Positions 1 to 13,520 of a stretch of DNA of 64,000 nucleotides are shown here, one piece after another. The stretch is from contig OX597815.1 of the NCBI GenBank assembly GCA_951406725.2, forward strand, positions 114,948,001 through 115,012,000. Reading direction: 5' to 3'. A program made the position numbers and the translations under genes. The notes below the pieces were generated by a model. The model saw nothing but the letters and a program-made list of their open reading frames with translations. It was not told the origin of the DNA and did no database searches. Source of the DNA: Octopus vulgaris. Lineage: Eukaryota. Positions within the stretch are counted from its first letter, which is position 1, and every line of letters begins with the position of its first letter.

Positions 1-135
1 GTATGGAAATAACTCCATGTCACGTGCACATGTTTTTGAGTGGCACAAGAGATTCAAAGAGGGGTGCAGGGAGGTGGAAGATGACTCCAGGAGCAGAAAG
101 CCTTCAACAAGCAAGACTGAGGTCAACATCGAGTG
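1..135 (+). mobile_element. mariner transposase N-terminal fragment, cut by the window edge and interrupted by a SINE
   Basis: Translation MSRAHVFEWHKRFKEGCREVEDDSRSRKPSTSKTEVNIE matches the mariner HTH/linker pattern (W..RF..G...VED..RSGRP). Confidence 0.8.
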
Positions 136-136
136 G

Positions 137-432
137 TGCAAGCATAACTGTGTGATAGAAAGTTCGATTCCCAATATATGGTTTCAGGTTCAGTTCCACT
201 GTGTGCCAACTTCTTCTATAGCCTATGGCTAACCAAAGCTTTGTGAGTGGATTTGGTAGACAGAAATTGAAAGAAGCCTTTCGTGTATATATCTATGTAT
301 CATAATTATCTTCAACAATGTAACAAAATAATAATCAATATTAAAAGCAACTTAAATGATTGTTTTAATAATCAGTCAAACAGAGCTCCTTAATCATTTT
401 GCTGTATAATGGCATTAAAACTACATTGCCAA

Positions 433-471
<39 letters not shown>

Positions 472-700
472 CTAGGTTTGTTCACCACCACTGCTTGACA
501 ACCAGGATTGGTGTGTTTATAACCCCATAACTTAGTGGTTTTGTAAAAAAAAACACAGTACCAGGCTTTAAAAAAATAGTATTAGGGTTGATTTCTTCAA
601 CTAAAATTCTTAAGGTGGTGCCCCAGCATGGCCACAGTTTAATAAATGAGACAAGAAAAAGATAAAAGATAAAGGATAAAGATAAAAGATAAAAGAAGCA
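137..700 (+). mobile_element. bipartite tRNA-derived SINE (head about 137-285, tail about 475-700) split at its central microsatellite
   Basis: Head ...GGTTCAGTTCCACTG...TTGTGAGTGGATTTGGTAGACAGAAATTGAAAGAAGCC and tail ...GGTGGTGCCCCAGCATGGCCACAG...(GATAAAA)n both recur many times in the window. Confidence 0.8.
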
Positions 701-1177
701 CATTGGATAATCTAATCCTTGATATATAAAAAAGAAAAGATGTTCATGGTTGGAATGCCTTTGATGGTATGCCTGCCCAATCAGAGCTGACTTGGAGCTA
801 ACTGCTAACAACAATAATATGATACCAGAAGAATTTGAACTTTAAGGTCAATAGTCAAGCTCCTTATAACCTATCATTCACCCAGCTCTCGTACTTCCAG
901 TGTTCCTAACAGACAGAATCTTTCTTAATCTCTCTCTCTCTCTCTCTCATGTCCTTGTGTGGGACATTCATTGCGAGATATTTGAAATTAAATGTCTCAA
1001 ATACTTGTTGAGTGAGAAGGAGACACAGGATACAGTGTAATGATTGCTATGTTTGATAGAGGGTTCAACTTCCAACAAACTTGAGATATCATCAGTAAAT
1101 TTAACAGTATAGAGAACTATTTTGTTGCATGCGCACACATACAGACACACAAATTCATACATACATACATACATACA

Positions 1178-1210
<33 letters not shown>

Positions 1211-1510
1211 GTACGTGCGTGTTTTTCTTCTCCACCACTTGACAAGTGGTATTGGTTTGTTTATGTTGCCATAACTTAGCAGTTCAGCAAATGTGACTGA
1301 TAAAATAAGTATTAGACTTTAAGAAAATAAGTATTGACTTCAACTTGTTTAACTAAACCCTTCATGGCTGCACATTAATGACTGAAAGAAGTAATACATA
1401 CATACATACGTACATACATATATACATACATACATACATACATACTTACATACATACATACATACATGCATGCATGCATGCATGCATGCATGCATGCATG
1501 CATGCATACA

Positions 1511-1544
<34 letters not shown>

Positions 1545-1672
1545 CATATACATATAAATATATACATATATATATATTTAATTAGGTGAATGAATTATCC
1601 TAGTATTGATAATTCGGTTAATCGATACCTGGGTAGCAAATTCACGAGGCTGATAGAGGTTCTTTGTCTTTC

Positions 1673-1743
1673 CTGATGAGAAGACAGCATAATGCACCCT
1701 TTATTCCTTCGGAATTAAGAGTATGCAGTCTTTGAAACATGTC
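1673..1743 (+). ncRNA. degenerate type-I hammerhead-like motif in a Penelope-like fragment
   Basis: CTGATGA 1673-1679, stem II GAAGAC-A-GCATA/TATGC-A-GTCTTT, GAAA 1734-1737, palindrome CATG, TC. Stem I is not evident. A second CTGATGA-ACA gctt TGT-GAAA follows at 1761-1781. Confidence 0.45.
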
Positions 1744-2234
1744 TGTACTATCACAACCATCTGATGAACAGCTTTGTGAAACTGATTAACTGTTTGTGAA
1801 GTTTTTCAGCTCTAATAGAATATATATATTATAATAGGCTCGAAACATTAAAGACTTTTTCCACTTCCCGAGCATTAAACTAATACATCCGTTTGTTGTC
1901 TACACCGCCTGTCTTCGTCTTTTGTTTTTGTTTTTTTTTTTTGTGAATTCTCCCCCTGTATATATCATACACACACACACAGCTGACATGGTAACCTGAT
2001 TGGTACTAAGTCACTCACAGACACATCCCAGCCCCTGACCCACAGGCATACTGTCTCTTATCCGTAACTCTTCTACTGGTCTTTCCTTCAGGTCTTCTGG
2101 AATTCCTTCCCTATTCCTGTCTTTCTTTGACTTACAAAGAAGAATATTAATGGGTATCAATATCACCAGCATAGAAGAGCCTGCAAAAGCCAGGAAAGTA
2201 AAAACAAAAACAACTAATCCTGCAATGTGTATAC

Positions 2235-2774
2235 ATAAGTGTAAGCATGGCTGTATGGTAAGAAACTTGCTTCCCAACCACATGGTTCAAGGTTCAGTTC
2301 CACTGCACGGCACCTTCGGCAAATGTTTTCAGCTATAGCCCCAGGCCAACAAAAGCATTGTGAGTGGATTTGGTAGACAGAGACTGAAAGAAATTTGTTG
2401 TGTGTGGCCAATGCCAGTGTCACATATCTGGCACCCATTCCGTGACATGTAAAAAGCACCCTTCAAATTTTGTGCCTCACAGAGGCAATGACAAGTGACC
2501 AAGACCTTTGGTAATATACCATGCTTGAGACCTGTAAAGCCAAGTGAAATTGTAGTCATGGCTGATGCTGGTGTTTCATAAGTGACACCCATGTTGGTGG
2601 CACATAAAATGTGCATACTACAGTCTTGGAGTGGTTGGCTTTAGGAAGGGCATCCAGCTGTAGAAACTATGCCAAATAAGATTGAATCTTGGTGCAGCTC
2701 CCCAGCTTACCAGTTTTCAGTTAAAGCATCCAACCCATGACAGCATGGAAAACGGATGTTAAATGATGATGATG

Positions 2775-2820
<46 letters not shown>

Positions 2821-3050
2821 GTGTGTGTATCTATGTGTATGTGTCTTTGTGTTTGTAGTCCACCACTGCTTGATAACTGGTATTGGTGTGTTTACATCTC
2901 CATAACCTAGCAGTTCAGCAAAAGAAACTGATGGAATAAGTAGTAGGGTTTGAAAAGTAAAGTGCTGATGTTGATTTGTTCAACTAAAACACTCCGAGAT
3001 GGTGCCCCAGCATGACTACACTCAAATGACTGAAAGATAAAAGGCAAAAG
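2235..3050 (+). mobile_element. bipartite SINE with an RTE 3' fragment (about 2400-2775) inserted in its middle
   Basis: SINE head 2235-2400, then RTE tail ending ACGGATGTTAAATGATGATG, then microsatellite, then SINE tail 2845-3050. Confidence 0.75.
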
Positions 3051-3076
<26 letters not shown>

Positions 3077-3082
<6 letters not shown>

Positions 3083-3361
3083 ACCGACCAGACCATCAGA
3101 TGTTGTTACACATCGCTGGTCACAATGCGTTCGCATTGTTTTAGCCTTCGAATGACGCTACCCCGCTGGCTAAGCGAGCAGGCCAAACAGAAGAAAGAGT
3201 GGTGAAAGAGTACAGCAGGGATCACCACCCCCTGCTGGAGCCTCGTGGAGCTTTTTTAGGTGTTTTCGCTCAATAAACACTCACAACGCCCGGCCTGGGA
3301 GTTGAAACCACGATCCTACGACCGCGAGTCCATGGCCCTGACCACTGGGCCATTGCGCCTC

Positions 3362-3363
<2 letters not shown>
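3077..3363 (-). mobile_element. young CpG-rich tRNA-derived SINE (second family)
   Basis: Minus strand GTGGAGGCGCAATGGCCCAGTGGTCAGGG (A box)...GGTTTCAACTCC (B box). A related head lies at 24400-24500. Flanked by (TA)n/(CA)n. Confidence 0.75.
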
Positions 3364-3393
<30 letters not shown>

Positions 3394-3471
3394 ACAAAGT
3401 GAAGTTACATATATATATATATACATACATACATATATATATATACACATACACACACACATATATAGTGA

Positions 3472-3522
<51 letters not shown>

Positions 3523-4203
3523 AATGTGATGTTGTTTGATGTAAAAAGATGAATAGTGAAAAATAACCAGAAAAGAAACAGTGGGTGTATATTTATTTGT
3601 GGCTTGTGCTGAACTTCAAAACTAGATATAAGATGAAGTCGTGGGCAGAAGTCATATAAAACTCATTCTTATACAGCAGAACACAACAAGGATGTTGGAT
3701 ACAGAAAGAATTTGTTCAAAATGTAAGAAAAGACTTATAAACAAGACTCTTTCTTTTAGCTTATATGCTAAATCAAAAGTAATTTTCATAGGGAATAAAC
3801 AAAAAACAAAATAAAATAAATTAAATACACTTGATAAAATGTTGATTTTTTTTTTCAATGACATGTAGTTATTTGAAAATTAAATAAAACATTCTAAAAT
3901 TCTATTTTATATATGTAGTAAGCACATGGTGATAGCGGAATGGTGAAAAACAACTACCAACTGTTTCATCCAACAGTAGGAGCAACAGCAGCAGCAGCAA
4001 CTGTTGGAAACAAGTGAAGACAAATGAGGCAAGTCTTTATCTGAGATGAGTCAACAGAGAATTGAACAGAAACATCATAGGGAAATAATATGTGAGTGTG
4101 TGTGTTTATATATATATGTATATGTGTGTATGTGTGCATGCATGTAAATATATATATATACATATCTATCTATCTATCTATCTATATATATATAATATGT
4201 AGA

Positions 4204-4271
<68 letters not shown>

Positions 4272-4284
4272 AAGACACACATAT

Positions 4285-4318
<34 letters not shown>

Positions 4319-4451
4319 ATATATATACATACATATATTATATATCATCATCATCATCATTCTTTAACGTCTGTTTTCCATGCTAGCACGGGTTGGACAG
4401 TTCAACTATGTGCATGCGTGTGCATGTAGATGTATATATACACATACATAC

Positions 4452-4539
<88 letters not shown>

Positions 4540-5090
4540 ACCAAAGTCGCCTTACTGGCACCGTGCTGGGGACATGTGTAAAAGGATTCGAGCGAGGTTG
4601 TTGCCAGTATCGCCTGACTGGCCCCCGTGCCGGTGGCACGTAAAAAGCACACTCTCGGAGTGGTTGGCGTTAGGAAGGGCATCAAGCTGCAGAAACTCTG
4701 CCAAATCAAGATTGGAGCCTGGTACAGCCTTCCGGTTCGCCAGCACTCAGTCAAAATCGTCCAACCCATGCTAGCATGGAAAGCGGATGTTAAACGATGA
4801 TGATGATGATGATGATATATACATCATCTTCATCATCATTGTTTAACGTCTGTTTTCCATGCTGGCATGGGTTGGACAATTTGACTGAGGACTGGCAAGC
4901 CAGTAGGCTGCACCAGGCTCCAGTCTGATCTGGCAAGGTTTCTACAGCTGGATACCTTTCCTAATGCCAACCACTCTGAGAGTGTAGTGGGTGCTTTTTA
5001 TGTGTCAACCACCTAACAGAGTGTGCTGGGTGGCATGGGTGCGTTTATAGACCACTGCCACAGGTACTTTTTATGTGGCACTGGCACCTT
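4540..5090. mobile_element. two tail-to-tail RTE LINE 3'-end fragments (+ 4540-4815, - 4830-5090)
   Basis: Both contain GAGTGGTTGGCRTTAGGAARGG...CAACCCATGC.AGCATGGAAA...GTTAAAC-(GAT)n, the same as the 3' end of the RTE at 20172-21930. Confidence 0.8.
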
Positions 5091-5296
5091 ACTGGAAAGG
5101 AATCACTTGGGGTAGATGTTTATTGTGAAATAGTACAAAGTCCCTGGAAGCATTGACAATGCTAATTAACTATTTATTAACTAAACAAGTAGATAAACAA
5201 ATTATGATGGATCTCACTTGTATACAGTGTTGTAAATATTGTAACACAACAATACATGTATAGTTACTAACTCTATTCAATATAAGCTGTTCATAA

Positions 5297-5510
5297 GGTG
5301 GCAAGCAGGCAGAATCATTAGCATGCCGGGTGAAATGCTTAGCAGTATTTCGTCTGTCTTTACATTCTGAGTTCAAATTCCGTCAAGGTTGACTTTGCTT
5401 TTCATCCTTTCAAAGTCAATAAATTAAGTACCTGTTGCATACTGAGGTTGATCTAATCGCCTCCCCACTCTCCCAAAATTTCAGGCCTTGTGCCTAGAGT
5501 AGAAAAGAAT
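5297..5510 (+). mobile_element. tRNA-derived SINE (third family)
   Basis: GGTGGCAAGCAGGCAGAATCATTAGCATGCCGG...GAGTTCAAATTCCG (A/B boxes). Further copies at about 33655, 43240-43380, 51945-52155 and 52315-52515. Confidence 0.75.
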
Positions 5511-5689
5511 ATAAGTTGTTCATAGTCACATTTAAACTGTGATGTTAAGTATTTTCTCAATTATATCTATTTCAGTTAATAGCATTGAGTGCTTTACTAA
5601 ATAAACAAAACATTTTCGACATTTTTACAGTTGAGGGTATATTAACTGAACATAATAAGGTGAAATATACATTAGAGGTGCTTTATCCC

Positions 5690-6120
5690 ACACTGAAACT
5701 TCAGGAGCTACTCAAGTGGTTTTGCAAGCTCTTTTAAATTCAGTGCAATACTGGAAACCTTTCTGTATCACCAGCAGGTATCTCAAGGTCACAAGTGTCT
5801 CACCCCTTTATCCTGTATGCTTTACCTGAGTAGGACAGCAAGGACTGAGCTAGTCTTCACCTATAGAAGGGTTCCAGTGCAGTATCTTATCAACCATAAC
5901 CATCTATAGCTAGTTTCAGCTACTGTGCCAATTTTCTTCATGTCTTTCTTCAGTTGTCTGGGTTCCAGACCTATCTTCTGCTGGAAATAATGCACTGATC
6001 CAGATGGAAAGCTGCAGCAGTCAACTTCAATGGGAAATGAGGCTGCATGCCAGCCCTTCACAAAGGCCTCATTGACTAAGTCCCAGTATTTCTATTTCTT
6101 TACCTGGTGGGGAATATTTC
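5690..6120 (-). mobile_element. 3' remnant of a restriction-like-endonuclease (R2 group, HERO-like) non-LTR retrotransposon
   Basis: Translation YWDLVNEAFVKGWHAASFPIEVDCCSFP...IGTVAETSYRWLWLIR resembles the KY..L......GW.A...P(V/I)EVG.RGF...AE..S.WLW..R C-terminus. Confidence 0.6.
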
Positions 6121-6344
6121 CCTTTATTTCATTTAATCCCAGTTTACTATATCATAGACACAAGTGTAGCTGTATGGTTAAGGAACTTATTTCCTAACCA
6201 CGTGGTCAGGGATTCAATCCCACTATGTGGCACTTAGGGCAAGTGTCTTCTACAACAGTCATAGGCTGAAAAAAGCGTTATGAGTGGATTTGAAAGAGGG
6301 AAACTGGAAGAAACCTGCCATGTACATACATGTATGTATTCATA

Positions 6345-6580
6345 TGAGGGGTGTTCATTAAAGATTTCCCCTGACCCACTTCCAGTTATTGCAGGAAACG
6401 GAACTTGTACAGATATAATTATACGTGTCACTACATGTCACATTGTAAACTGAAGCTTTCCACTGGTATTCATTTGTCTTTTATAGCTGCTGAAGTGGAC
6501 TAAAATGTTATAATGGAGGTAGTTGAATGCAGATCAGTGGTCAGGCTCTTATACTTAAATGGTCATACACGATCATTTTC
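6345..6580 (+). mobile_element. mariner-type left end remnant
   Basis: TA followed by TGAGGGGTGTTCATTAAAG (mariner TIR-like), then a decayed start of transposase (...RSVVRLLYLNGHT). Confidence 0.45.
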
Positions 6581-7966
6581 TAGCCAACTTCTGTGTTGTT
6601 ATTGTTTAAACCCAGATCAGCCATTTTTGAGACAATCTACAATTAAAAGCTTTCCAGCATGACCACTTCGTCGTTTTACTTTGATAAGGTATATTTAGGA
6701 TGACTATTTTTTAAAGAGATTTAGGTGTATTTTGAGGAAGGTTTGACTGCTACTTCTAGCAAATTCAGTAACCATTGAGATGTTCCCTCAGCAGTGGTTA
6801 AAATATTGACATGGGTCTGACAGTTTTTGGAAAATGAGTACAAAGTTCCATATTAAAAAAAAGGAAGAAAAGAGAATCCTGAATGAAGGACCCACCCCCA
6901 TCCCAACATTAGATCTGAATGCAGAAGTTTAAAGTTTAACCAGAATTGAATGATACAGAGTTATATGATCTAATTTATTGGACAAGCGAAGATGGCAGAT
7001 AACACCCATAGCTTTTTCAACACCTTATAGACAAGGAATATTATATTTTTGTTCCTGCAAAAATTATGTTAATGCTGTTAATGTCCAGCTTAGTTTTATG
7101 ATAAGGGGACATGAGCAGAAAGGGAATTCTGGGAAGTAATTTTGAAGGAAAAGGGTTGGGAAAAGTGTTATATTCTCCATATGAGAGTTATTAGCTAATA
7201 ATTTTAAAAGGATGGAGTAATAAACAGTCAACAAATTTCATAATAGTGCCTGTTGTGGTAGCAATGGTTACAATAGGATGAGACAAAGGGTATAGGACAT
7301 GGCTTGGAGGTAGAAACATATCTGCTTCTAATATCTGGCTAAAGCTGGCGCTCCAACACAAAATCTTTTAATAGCTTTCATACTGATTGCCAAATTAATA
7401 AATAATTTCATCTTTCATCAATATCAGGGAACATATGTAAACAAAAAAAAAAAAATATATATCTAACTAGTTATTTTCTTATCACTGTTTCATAAGGTCC
7501 TCTTCTAGTTTCATTCTGAATGGTAGCAAAGCATTAATTCTTTTTTCTTTTTTTGTTTTATAATATAAACCAGTTAGAAGAGATGTCAATTTCATAAACA
7601 TTTCTTTTCTCTAAATGGCCCAAGGCATTGTCTACCACTAATTAAAAAATTTGCTTTTTTGATGAGGTACAAAGGCAACCTTACAGTATGACCTTTCCTT
7701 ACTGACAGGTGTTGGGTGAATCATCACAATTAGAGCCAGCATGCATTTGAGGGTACTGTCCTCCTAGGCAGGTTGGAAGACCACAACACGCTCTCACTAT
7801 TTATATTAAGAAGCATCTTCAGCATTTATGAAACTGTTATAGTCCTAAAAATCTTACTGTAATGTGGAAGTCAGTGGAATAATACATTTTATGTTAGTGA
7901 ACTGAATATTCTGGGAAGATTCCAGTAGCACAACAGTTATATACACAATACACACATGTATATAAG

Positions 7967-8010
<44 letters not shown>

Positions 8011-8256
8011 TACATATGTTGAGTTGTATTTCATTAAGAACGTATAAAAGTACAAAATAGAGCTAGTTCACTCTTAGAATTACCAGATAGCCAGTAGTAA
8101 TATAGTATACCACCAATTCTAGGCTTAAATCCTGTATATATGTGGATCTGTGTTGTATCGAAACATGCGTAGTGTTCATTAAACAGCAGTCAACTTGTAC
8201 TCCCTCTTCTTTTTGAATCTATTCATTCTTTCCTTTTTATATATATACATATATAT

Positions 8257-9133
8257 ACAAGGTACGGTGAATGAATTGTTGTCTAAATTATGCAAAAATG
8301 AAAATAGGACTGACATCTCATTTTAACAGATATATTTAGCAAAATTGCATAAAAATATCTTGAAATACTAAAGAGTAAATTTATTCAATAAAATTGCCAA
8401 TGGCTTCAACCACAACCTCCAGATGACTTCAGAATCTCCTGCAACTCTTCTGGATGGTCTCCTTGTTTAAGTTGGTCAATGCTGCCATAATCCTTGTCTT
8501 CAGTTCATCTTAGGTGTTACAAGGAGTTTTGTTGGTCTCTCACTCAACTACACCCCACACATAATAGCCAAGGAGGTTGCATCTGAGGAGTTAGGTGGCC
8601 AGATGTTAGAGGTGATGTAATCGCAGAAATTGTCTGACAGCCAAACTAGGTTCTCCTGTTTGTATGGCATGGTGTAGAGTCCTATTGCCAGACATAGAGT
8701 CTTCTAGCAGCCACTCTCTTGAATAAGAGCAGCACTACTTCCTCCAGGTACTTGACATAGACCTGTGTGTTGAGTTTGATGGCGTGTGGGAAGATAAATG
8801 GAGGTATAATGTCACCATCACTAGTGATCACTCCAAACACCATGATGTTGACTGGATGTTTGATCTTTATCACTTTCAGTACATGTTTTGGGGACTCAGA
8901 TTGACACCCATCACTCTGAAATATTCCTATTGGAGCTTTTGGCTTGAATGCCAAGCAGTACAGCATGTTGTTTCCCAATTTCTAGCAGAGTGAATTGCGT
9001 CATGGTGCTGTTTTTCTCACAGACAGTGCCCAACTAACCCTACCATACTGTGTAGTTGACAAAATCAAAAACAAACACTGTGCATGCATAAAATTAAAAA
9101 TATAAACTGTGACAATTTACCCATCACACCCTG

Positions 9134-9134
<1 letters not shown>
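8257..9134 (-). mobile_element. internally deleted Tc1/mariner element (maT/DD37D-like) inserted in (TA)n
   Basis: Degenerate TIRs (CAGGGTGTGATGGGTAAATTGT vs CAAGGTACGGTGAATGAATTGT). Translation KHPVNIMVFGVITSDG...PPFIFP...YVWQ*DSTPCH...WPPNS.D, with stops and frameshifts. Confidence 0.8.
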
Positions 9135-9182
<48 letters not shown>

Positions 9183-9567
9183 TGATGATGATGATGATGA
9201 TGATAATGTAATATAAATAAAATATCAAATGTTGTGGTTCATACCTTTTGACCCACATGTGTACATACATATGTGTGTGTGTATGAATGTGTGTGTGTAT
9301 ATATGTTTGTGTGTGTGTCAGTGTGTTTGTCTCACCCTAATGTTTGACAACCAATGCTGGTTTGTTTACTTCCTTGTAACTTAGCAAATGAATCAACAAA
9401 ATAAATATCAAACTTTAAAAAATAGCAACTATGATAAATTTGTTTGACTAACCCCCTTCAAGGCTGTGCTCTAGCACTGTTGTAGTCCAATGACTAAAAC
9501 AAGTGGAAAATAAAAGATAGATTCATAGGTGCAGACATGACCGTTTGTTTAAGATGATTGCTTCACC

Positions 9568-9601
<34 letters not shown>

Positions 9602-10035
9602 TTTCTCGTCCACACTGGCATGGGTTGGACCACCCATTTTAGCAAAAAAATTGGCATACATACTACATGGTCTTAAACTAATTTTGCCAGTAAATTTGAA
9701 ACGTTTATATTAATTTAGCATTAGAATTCTTCAAGTTGTATAAAAATAGTTATTGCCTGCATCATTTGAAAGAGAAATAAATTCTGCATAAGGTGTAAAA
9801 GATGAAATAATTTGTATGGTGTCTTAAATTTATTTTTGCCAGTGTAAGTACTGCCGTTAACTTGATCAATGAAAGACTCCAAAGTGATGCCCCAGCATGG
9901 ACAAAATCTAATGACTGAAACTGGGAAATAAATAAAAGATTATATATAAATATGACATATATTATAAGGGTATATGCATCTATGATAAGTATGTGTAATA
10001 TCATATATATACACACACACATGTGCATCTGTATA

Positions 10036-10078
<43 letters not shown>

Positions 10079-10126
10079 GTATGTACATATATGTATATGT
10101 GAATATATATATGTGTATATATGCAT

Positions 10127-10173
<47 letters not shown>

Positions 10174-10297
10174 GCATGCACATATATATAAATGCATACA
10201 CACGTACAAACATAAGTAATATTCATAAATATGAGTGTAATATATCTAAATCTATCAACCTATCAATCTATCAGCCTGTGTCTATATATATATGTAC

Positions 10298-10339
<42 letters not shown>

Positions 10340-11714
10340 ATACATATATATATATATATGTATATATATACATACACACACACACACACACACATATATA
10401 TATGTATATATATATATATATATATGTACACACACACACATGTATGCATACATATCCAGGAATGAATTTCTTCAGATACATGCATATCTACGGTATAATT
10501 GAATTTTCACTTTACACTGCAGTGGGACATTCCTTATATCAATTGTTGATTGGAGATCACAAATGTCAGAATATCCCAACAGTATTATTCTTGCTAGTCG
10601 TTGCTAAGCAGCACTGATGCTACTAGGGAATATCCAGGTACATACATGCCGACATAGATTCAAATGCATAATTAGATATAAACATGTGCCTACACACACA
10701 ATATGTAAAATCAATACAGCTCATCTGAACACTTAATATATGTGCATGCATGTGTGTATGTGCATGTATGTGTGTATATATATATGTGCATATGTATATG
10801 AGTGAGTGTGTGTGTGTGTGTGTGTATGTGTGTGTATATATATATATCATCATCATCATCATCGTTTAACGTCCATTTTCCATGCTAGAAATTTAAAATG
10901 GAGAAATCCACTTGATGCAAACTGTAAGGTCATATTGACCTGACATGAAGTATTACAAGAGGGTTTTTTTTTTATTCATAACATATCAACAAATGTCTAG
11001 TTTACATAGATCGGTTCTTGTCGTGGATTCTACAAGGTGAATGCAGAGCGGAGTAGAGCAGAAACAGAATTGTGCAAGCACTGACTGCCACTTTGCTAGC
11101 ACACTTGTCAGGTAGAGTGAGAGGGAAAAACTGAGAAGGCAAGGAGGAAGGGAAGGCAAAAAAGAAAAAGTGAGTAGGGATCGAAGGGAGCTGGTGTTAA
11201 CTAACTCACTCTAAAGTCTCGTTTAGCAACTGCTCTTTATCGCAACAACACAAGCAAATAGGGTGGCTATGTTCAATGAAAGGTGTTAGTTACTCAGCAT
11301 GTTGGGTAAAAATGAGGCGAGATGCTGAGACAGAACAAACACACACACACACACACACAAATGCATGCACTCACACACACACATTTACACAAGAACATGT
11401 ACACAAACACAACTTTCTATAAAAAGGAATGTAAAGTTTGTAGCAATGTATAAGGAAAATGGGAGGAATGAAGGAATGAAATATCTGTTTACATTTCAAG
11501 AAAAACCATGCATGTTTCTTGCATAAACTTCAAGAAATATTACAGCCCCCTTGTTCTAAATTTAACGTTTGGAAGGAAGACTGGTGAATCCAAACTAGAA
11601 AATTTGGCAGATTTCGGCAGTTTTATAAATGTAGTGAGATAAACATTATAATACAATTTTCATTATCATTAATTAACGCAACTGTTATTTCCTCATAAAT
11701 ATTAATACCATTAT

Positions 11715-12010
11715 TAAGAGTCATCATCATCGCAGTCATCGTTATCGTCACCACCACCACCACCACCATTGTCATGACTACCACTAATATCACAATCACC
11801 ACCGTCAACATCGTCACTACCACAAGCATTACAATGATCAGTATCATAGTCGTCATCATCCTCATACTCAGCCATAGCATCACCATCCCAATCATGATTT
11901 ATCATCATCTTTGTCATCACACCGCCACCACTACCATAACTACCACCAACATCACTACCATGACTAATAGCATCACCACCATCACCACCACTGCCACAAT
12001 CATCATCATG
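11715..12010. repeat. degenerate (CAT/CAC)n trinucleotide tract
   Basis: Imperfect CAT/CAC/CAA triplets. Explains the poly-T/D/V ORFs in the track. Confidence 0.9.
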
Positions 12011-12277
12011 TACCTCACTAGTTTGTTACTGTTTAGCTGGACCATGGAGCTAAAAATATCCAGTGAAGTAGGACATGGATTAGTAATTCACAGTCAATCA
12101 GGTAGAACATAGAGGTGTCACGTCTAATGACTAGCATAGCAGTATTATTATACACTGCTACTAGTTCAAAAGAAGCAACAACTACACAGCATCAAAATGA
12201 TAGACCAGGCTATGAAAGTAACAGGAAGAGTTATAGTACCACTGACTAGAAAGATTATCAACTTAGAATAGATAAAC

Positions 12278-12706
12278 TTAACCCTTTCACTGTGAGATTG
12301 AATTTCATGGTTATTCCAGTAAGGATGTTAAACATCTACCAAAAAAGTAGAATTAATATTTTCTGCAAGCTACATTATCATCATTTAACACCCGTTTTAC
12401 ATAGTGGCAAGCTGGAGAGCTGTACCAAGCTCCAGTTCTTTGTTTTGGCATGGTTTCAATGGCTGGTTGCCCTTCCTAATGTCAACCACTTTACAGAATG
12501 TATTGGGTGCTTTTTATATGGCACCGACACCAGTGCTTAATGCATGGCACCAGCATGGGTGCTTTTTACATAACATCAGAACAGAAAATAGTTTCAGACA
12601 TGACGTTCCTCAACAAAAGGTAGGTTGGTATATAAAACTACTTTCCACTGTTAAGTGTAATGAAATTTGAGTGGATATTAAGCTATGTTCTGCTGTAAAA
12701 GGGTTA
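12278..12706 (+). mobile_element. piggyBac-like non-autonomous element with an internal RTE tail
   Basis: Starts TTAA-CCCTTT and ends AAAGGG-TTA. Both ends are homologous to 16430-16490 and 17030-17148. Confidence 0.55.
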
Positions 12707-12879
12707 GGTTTATGCCAGAGTAGGATACCACCAATGCTCTCTTGCTAGAGTACAAGTTTGTGGCTAATTGTAAGCCACTACACCTAGCATTTGTCCACCC
12801 GGAGAAGGCCTTTTAAGGAGTGCATTGCTTTGTAGCTTAGTGGTCACTCAGAAAGCTAGATGTTGAATTCCTTGCTTGG

Positions 12880-13520
12880 AATTTATCAATTCCCTTCACA
12901 ATTCCAACCTGTTGGTGAATGTGACCTCGACATTACTGTCAACAATGATTAGCATTGGATGACCCACATTTCTAAAAATCTTCAAAAAAGGCCAAAGGTG
13001 TCTTATTATCATTCAGTAAGGCATTGTCAGCCGTTCACCAGCTATCTATCTGAAGCTGTATATACAGCTGTGGTATGTCCTCACTTACAGTTTGCATCTC
13101 TAGTCTGGGTCCCCTTCTTGTCCAAAATATCAATCTGCTGGAAGCTCTTCACAGACATGCAACCAGACAAATACCTTCTGTCATTCCCTTACCATATCTT
13201 AGAATGCATTGCTTCTCTGGGCATCAACACATTAAAGTTCTGGCATACACCAGCTGACTTAGCAAAAACCCACAAATTTATCCACCATTTTTCCAACAAT
13301 ATCTTTGGTTACCTTTTTTAAATTTAATATCTCTACCATTTGTAGATGTGTTTATAGAATCAAAAAACAGTACAGCATCCATGATATTTCTGAAACATTT
13401 GTTCATGCTCAGAATTGTTGAAGCTTGGAATAAATCACTTGCATCAGTTTAGTTGTCAGGACACTGCATCCCTCAAAAATTCTACATACCCTGAAATTCC
13501 CCAGTACTTCTCCTGATGCA
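12880..13520 (+). mobile_element. CR1/L2-group LINE 3' remnant
   Basis: YTAVVCPHLQFASLVWVP (cf. Y...VRPHLE.A..VW.P), INLLEALHRHATR, and later RIVEAWNK. Confidence 0.7.

Noticed and set aside
8140-8185. CGAAACATGCGTAGTG, resembling the 3' half of a Penelope hammerhead
   Set aside because: No upstream NTGANNA core or stem II found.
9762-10862. Cluster of 60-154 aa ORFs rich in Y/I/H/T/C/V
   Set aside because: Translations of (TA)n/(CA)n/(TG)n microsatellites. The same applies to the ORFs near 1.0-1.6, 4.0-4.8, 18.3-18.9, 35-36, 47.8-49.2 and 55-56.7 kb.
12014-12049. Possible 36-nt micro-exon on the minus strand (TTTTTAG|...GAG|GTACAT)
   Set aside because: Weak donor, short pyrimidine tract, a stop in the frame compatible with exon 1, and no ankyrin similarity.
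11623-12112. Asp/Gly-rich and Thr-rich ORFs
   Set aside because: Products of a degenerate CAT/CAC triplet tract, with no splice or domain support.
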